NCBI RefSeq assembly: GCF_003334815.1
Contig: NZ_QOWO01000014.1
Source of the DNA: Escherichia coli
GTDB lineage: Bacteria; Pseudomonadota; Gammaproteobacteria; Enterobacterales; Enterobacteriaceae
Reading direction: 5' to 3' (one strand)
Length of the DNA stretch: 64,000 nucleotides
In this document: piece after piece, positions 60,436 through 64,000 of the stretch
How the letters are laid out: every line of letters starts with the position of its first letter
Position numbering within the stretch: position 1 is the first letter of the stretch
The notes under the pieces: model-generated
Databases searched by the model: none
What the model saw: only the letters and a program-made list of their open reading frames with translations
Told to the model about the DNA's origin: nothing
Made by a program: the position numbers and the translations under genes

Positions 60436-61114
60436 AAGCGACAGCATCCTCGGCATGGATCGCCGCGGTATCAAACACAGGCAAAACACTGCGCTCTTCT
60501 GGCACCAGTAAACCAATTTCTGTGCAGCCAAAAATGACGCCCTGTGCGCCCTGTTCTGCAAGGCGAGCAATCACTTGCGCATAATAAGCGCGTGACGCTT
60601 CGGTAAATTGCCCCAGACACAGTTCTTCAAAAATAATCTGATTAATTTTCGCCCGTTCATCCGCTTCAGGAATAAGACAATTGATGGAAAATTGTTCCGT
60701 CAGCCGCCCGCGATAAAAATCCTGTTCCATGGTGTAACGCGTACCCAGCAGCGCCACACGAGTCATTCCGGCCCCGGTAATTGCACGTCCGGTGGCATCC
60801 GCAATGTGTAAGAAAGGCAGAGTGCAACGTGACTCAATGGCATCCGCCACTTTATGCATCGTATTGGTACATAACACAATACCTTCTGCGCCCGCCCGCT
60901 GTAAGCCAAGCGCCGCCTCAGCCAGAATGTCCCCGGTTTTATCCCATTCCCCGCGACGCTGGCACTCTTCTATTTCATGAAAATCGACGCTATGTAGCAG
61001 CACTTGCGCAGAGTGAAGCCCACCAAGCCGCTGTTTAATGCCTTCATTTATCAAACGATAGTAAGGAATGGTGGATTCCCAGCTCATTCCTCCCAGCAAA
61101 CCAATTGTTTTCAT
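60422..61114 (-). CDS. ygeA: Broad-specificity amino-acid racemase (Asp/Glu racemase family)
   Basis: [25 protein letters not shown] from ATG 61114 with AGGAGAGAGGA SD; the ORF track start at 61183 is an extension. Confidence 0.85.
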
Positions 61115-61203
61115 TCCTCTCTCCTGATGTGTGTTACCGCAACAAGGCTGAATAAGGAACGAGACAAACGCCTCAACGGCCAAGTGCCCAATCTCTATTA
61201 ACG

Positions 61204-61236
61204 AAAAAAGGGCCGGATGTACAGCACATCCGGCCC
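61204..61236 (-). terminator. Rho-independent terminator downstream of araE
   Basis: Minus strand gggccggatgt-gctgt-acatccggccc followed by TTTTTT. Confidence 0.65.
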
Positions 61237-61242
61237 GTGAAA

Positions 61243-62661
61243 TCAGACGCCGATATTTCTCAACTTCTCGCCTGCCATCAGTTTGCGTTCGATATGTTCC
61301 AGCGTGACATTTTTGGTTTCCGGAATGAGCCAGAAAGTAATGCCCACAAACGCAATGTTCAGCGCAGTGTAGAGCCAGAACGTACCGGCAGCGCCAATGC
61401 TATCAAGCAGTGTCAGGAAGGTCGCGCCGATAATCATATTCGACACCCAGTTCGTGGTGGTCGAACAGGTAATACCGAAATCGCGGCATTTCAGCGGCTG
61501 AATTTCAGAGCACAGGATCCACACCACTGGCGCGGCGCTCATCGCATAACCGGCAATACACATCATCGTCATGCCAACAGAGAGCCAGGACAAGCCACTG
61601 GAAGCCGTACCGTTATCAAACTGCATCAGGCAATAGCCCAGCACCAGAGTGCCTAACGCCATCACGCTGAAACCAATTTTCAGAGCCGGTTTACGCCCTG
61701 CTTTATCTACCGTAAACACCGCAATAAAGGTGGCGAACATAAAGGTCAGCCCTACGACCAGAGTCGCAATCATCTGTTGTTCTGTGGTCGTAAAGCCCGC
61801 CATTTTGAAGATACGCGGCGCGTAGTACATGATGATGTTCATACCGGTAAACTGCTGCATCGCCTGCAACAACATACCGAGAAACACAGCACGACGGACG
61901 TTACGGTTGATCTTAAACAGTGCCCAACCGCCCTGTTTTAACTTCAGGCTTTCACGAATTTCGTTGAGTTCTTCTCGCGCTTTTTCCGACGTATCGCGCA
62001 GCATACGCAATACTTCTTCCGCCTCAATATGACGCCCCTTTTCCGCCAGCCAGCGCGGGCTATTTGGCAGGAAGACTACCAGAATAATCAGCAGAACTGC
62101 TGGTAAAGCAAGAACCCCCAACATTGCGCGCCAGTTACCGCTATAACTGAACGCTGTATCGGATAAAAACGCCAGCACGATGCCGAGTGTGACCATCAAC
62201 TGGTACATACTGATCATCTTACCGCGAACGTTTTCACTTGCCATTTCAGAAAGATACAGAGGAGCGGTGTAAGACGCGATCCCGACAGCAATGCCCAGCA
62301 CCACACGAGCGGCGATTAACATCTCTACGCTGGTCGCAAAAGCGGACCCTATAGAACCGAGTACAAACAGGATGGCCCCCGCCATCAGGCTGTATTTACG
62401 CCCCAGGCGGAACGACAGCCAACCATTAAACAGCGCACCAATTGCTGCACCGAGCATCATGCTACTAACCACCCATTCCTGCAAACGACTGGTCAGCACA
62501 AAGTGATCGGTAATGAACGGCAACGCTCCGGCGATTACGCCGATATCAAGACCAAATAACAATCCTGCGACCGCAGCAGCTACCGAAACAAACATATTCA
62601 TACGCCGCGTATCCCGCAAAGAACGTGGCGTTAAAGCAGATTCCGTATTGATAGTAACCAT
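61243..62661 (-). CDS. araE: Arabinose:H+ symporter (MFS sugar porter)
   Basis: [42 protein letters not shown] from ATG 62661 with AGGA SD; the ORF track 515-aa version is a 43-codon upstream extension. Confidence 0.9.
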
Positions 62662-62880
62662 TTTTTCCTGCCAGCAGAGAGTAAGACATAGTGAAAAAAT
62701 ACGTGAACAACTCACGCAGGTGTCAGGTCGGAAACAGCATAAATATGGATTAAATTGCTGCGACATGTCGTTATGTGATGGATATTCCAATTTTCAAATT
62801 AAGTTGAATTATTGAGATTATTATTAACCACCTAATTTTACAGCAGATAAAATTCATAAAGTTCATTAATTGATAATTAA

Positions 62881-62913
62881 TATGGATTATTTCATAACCA
62901 TGATATGGATTAT
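62881..62913. promoter_or_regulatory. Direct repeat TATGGATTAT x2 upstream of araE, candidate AraC half-sites
   Basis: Identical 10-mers at 62881..62890 and 62904..62913; reads ATAATCCATA on the araE strand, resembling the AraC TCCATA half-site. Confidence 0.35.
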
Positions 62914-62928
62914 GATGATCTACAGGTA

Positions 62929-62953
62929 TAAAAAACCCTGCCATGCGGCAGGG
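62929..62953 (-). terminator. Rho-independent terminator downstream of kduD
   Basis: Minus strand ccctgcc-gcat-ggcaggg followed by TTTTTT. Confidence 0.55.
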
Positions 62954-62975
62954 TCATAAAAGTAAGAAGAATGAA

Positions 62976-63737
62976 TTAACGCGCCAGCCAACCGCCATCC
63001 ACGGCAATGGTATAACCATTCACATAATCTGAAGCGCTGGAGGCAAGGAACACTATCGGCCCCATCAGGTCACTCGGCAGTCCCCAACGACCAGCTGGAA
63101 TGCGGTCGAGAATTTCCGCGCTACGTTGTTCATCTGCCCGTAGTTGTTGAGTATTGTTGGTCGCCATGTAACCCGGGGCTATCGCATTAACATTAATGTT
63201 GTGTTTAGCCCATTCGTTCGCCATCAATCGCGTCACACCCATCACGCCGCTTTTTGATGCGGTATAAGAAGGCACACGGATCCCGCCCTGGAAGGAGAGC
63301 ATTGACGCGATATTGATAATCTTGCCGCCATTGCCTTGCGCGATAAAGTGTTTCGCCGCTGCCTGAGACATGAAGAATACGCTCTTGATATTCAGGTTCA
63401 TGACATCGTCCCAGTCCTTTTCGCTGAACTCGAGAGCATCTTCGCGGCGAATCAATCCGGCGTTATTCACCAGGATATCAATATGACCAAACTCCGCTAC
63501 CGCGCGATCCAGCAGTGCTGGAATACCATCAATCTTTCGCAGATCGGCGGTCAGGCTTAAAAAACGACGCCCCAGCGCTGTGACCTGCTCGATGGTTTCA
63601 GTCGGTTCAACGATGTTAATGCCAACAATGTCACAGCCCGCTTGCGCCAGCCCCAACGCCATCCCCTGACCCAGTCCAGTATCACAACCAGTGACGACCG
63701 CAACTTTACCTTCGAGAGAAAATGCACTTAAAATCAT
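62976..63737 (-). CDS. kduD: 2-dehydro-3-deoxy-D-gluconate 5-dehydrogenase (SDR)
   Basis: 253-aa ORF with SDR Rossmann motif VTGCDTGLGQG. Confidence 0.92.
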   Translation of the reverse strand: MILSAFSLEGKVAVVTGCDTGLGQGMALGLAQAGCDIVGINIVEPTETIEQVTALGRRFLSLTADLRKIDGIPALLDRAVAEFGHIDILVNNAGLIRREDALEFSEKDWDDVMNLNIKSVFFMSQAAAKHFIAQGNGGKIINIASMLSFQGGIRVPSYTASKSGVMGVTRLMANEWAKHNINVNAIAPGYMATNNTQQLRADEQRSAEILDRIPAGRWGLPSDLMGPIVFLASSASDYVNGYTIAVDGGWLAR

Positions 63738-63766
63738 AACAATACCTTATTCGTTTATGCCCACAA

Positions 63767-64000
63767 CTAGCGCAAATCTTTAACGGCCACATGGTCCATA
63801 TCATCAAAGACCTGGTTTTCACCGACCATGCCCCAGATAAAGGTATAAGCTTTGGTTCCGACACCGGAATGGATCGACCAGCTCGGGGAGATCACCGCCT
63901 GCTCGTTATGCATCACAATATGACGCGTTTCTTGCGGCTGCCCCATCATGTGGAAAACGCAGGCGTCATCATCCATATTGAAATAGAAATAAACTTCCAT
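63767..64000 (-). CDS. kduI: 5-dehydro-4-deoxy-D-glucuronate isomerase, C-terminal part (gene runs off the window end)
   Basis: ORF fragment ...[51 protein letters not shown] upstream of kduD. Confidence 0.85.

Overview
This window reads as a contiguous, fully syntenic stretch of Escherichia coli core chromosome, and I found no sign of a novel or undescribed system. Every substantial ORF is accounted for by a recognisable housekeeping gene, and there is no IS element, prophage remnant, integrase, CRISPR array or toxin-antitoxin-like pair. Gene order (from memory of the K-12 map, roughly b2787 to b2843) is: gudD' - gudX - gudP | yqcA - truC - yqcC | csrB | syd | queF | ppnN | sdaC - sdaB | xni | fucO - fucA <> fucP - fucI - fucK - fucU - fucR | rlmM - ygdD | gcvA <> gcvB | ygdI | csdA - csdE | tcdA | mltA | tRNA-fMet | amiC <> argA | recD - recB - ptrA - recC | ppdC - ygdB - ppdB - ppdA | thyA | lgt | ptsP - rppH | mutH | ygdQ | ygdR | tas | lplT - aas | omrA omrB | galR | lysA <> lysR | ygeA | araE | kduD | kduI'. 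The features worth a second look are non-coding: four small RNAs (csrB, gcvB, omrA, omrB) recognisable directly from sequence; a DnaA-box cluster in the unusually long rppH-mutH gap, consistent with the DARS2 element; a single initiator tRNA gene where I recall K-12 carrying tandem copies; a long hairpin plus polypurine tract between yqcA and gudP; and a duplicated inverted-repeat module in the fucA/fucP control region. All identifications rest on reading the translations and motifs by eye and on recalled family knowledge; no database search or alignment was run, so coordinates of RNA ends and some start codons are approximate.
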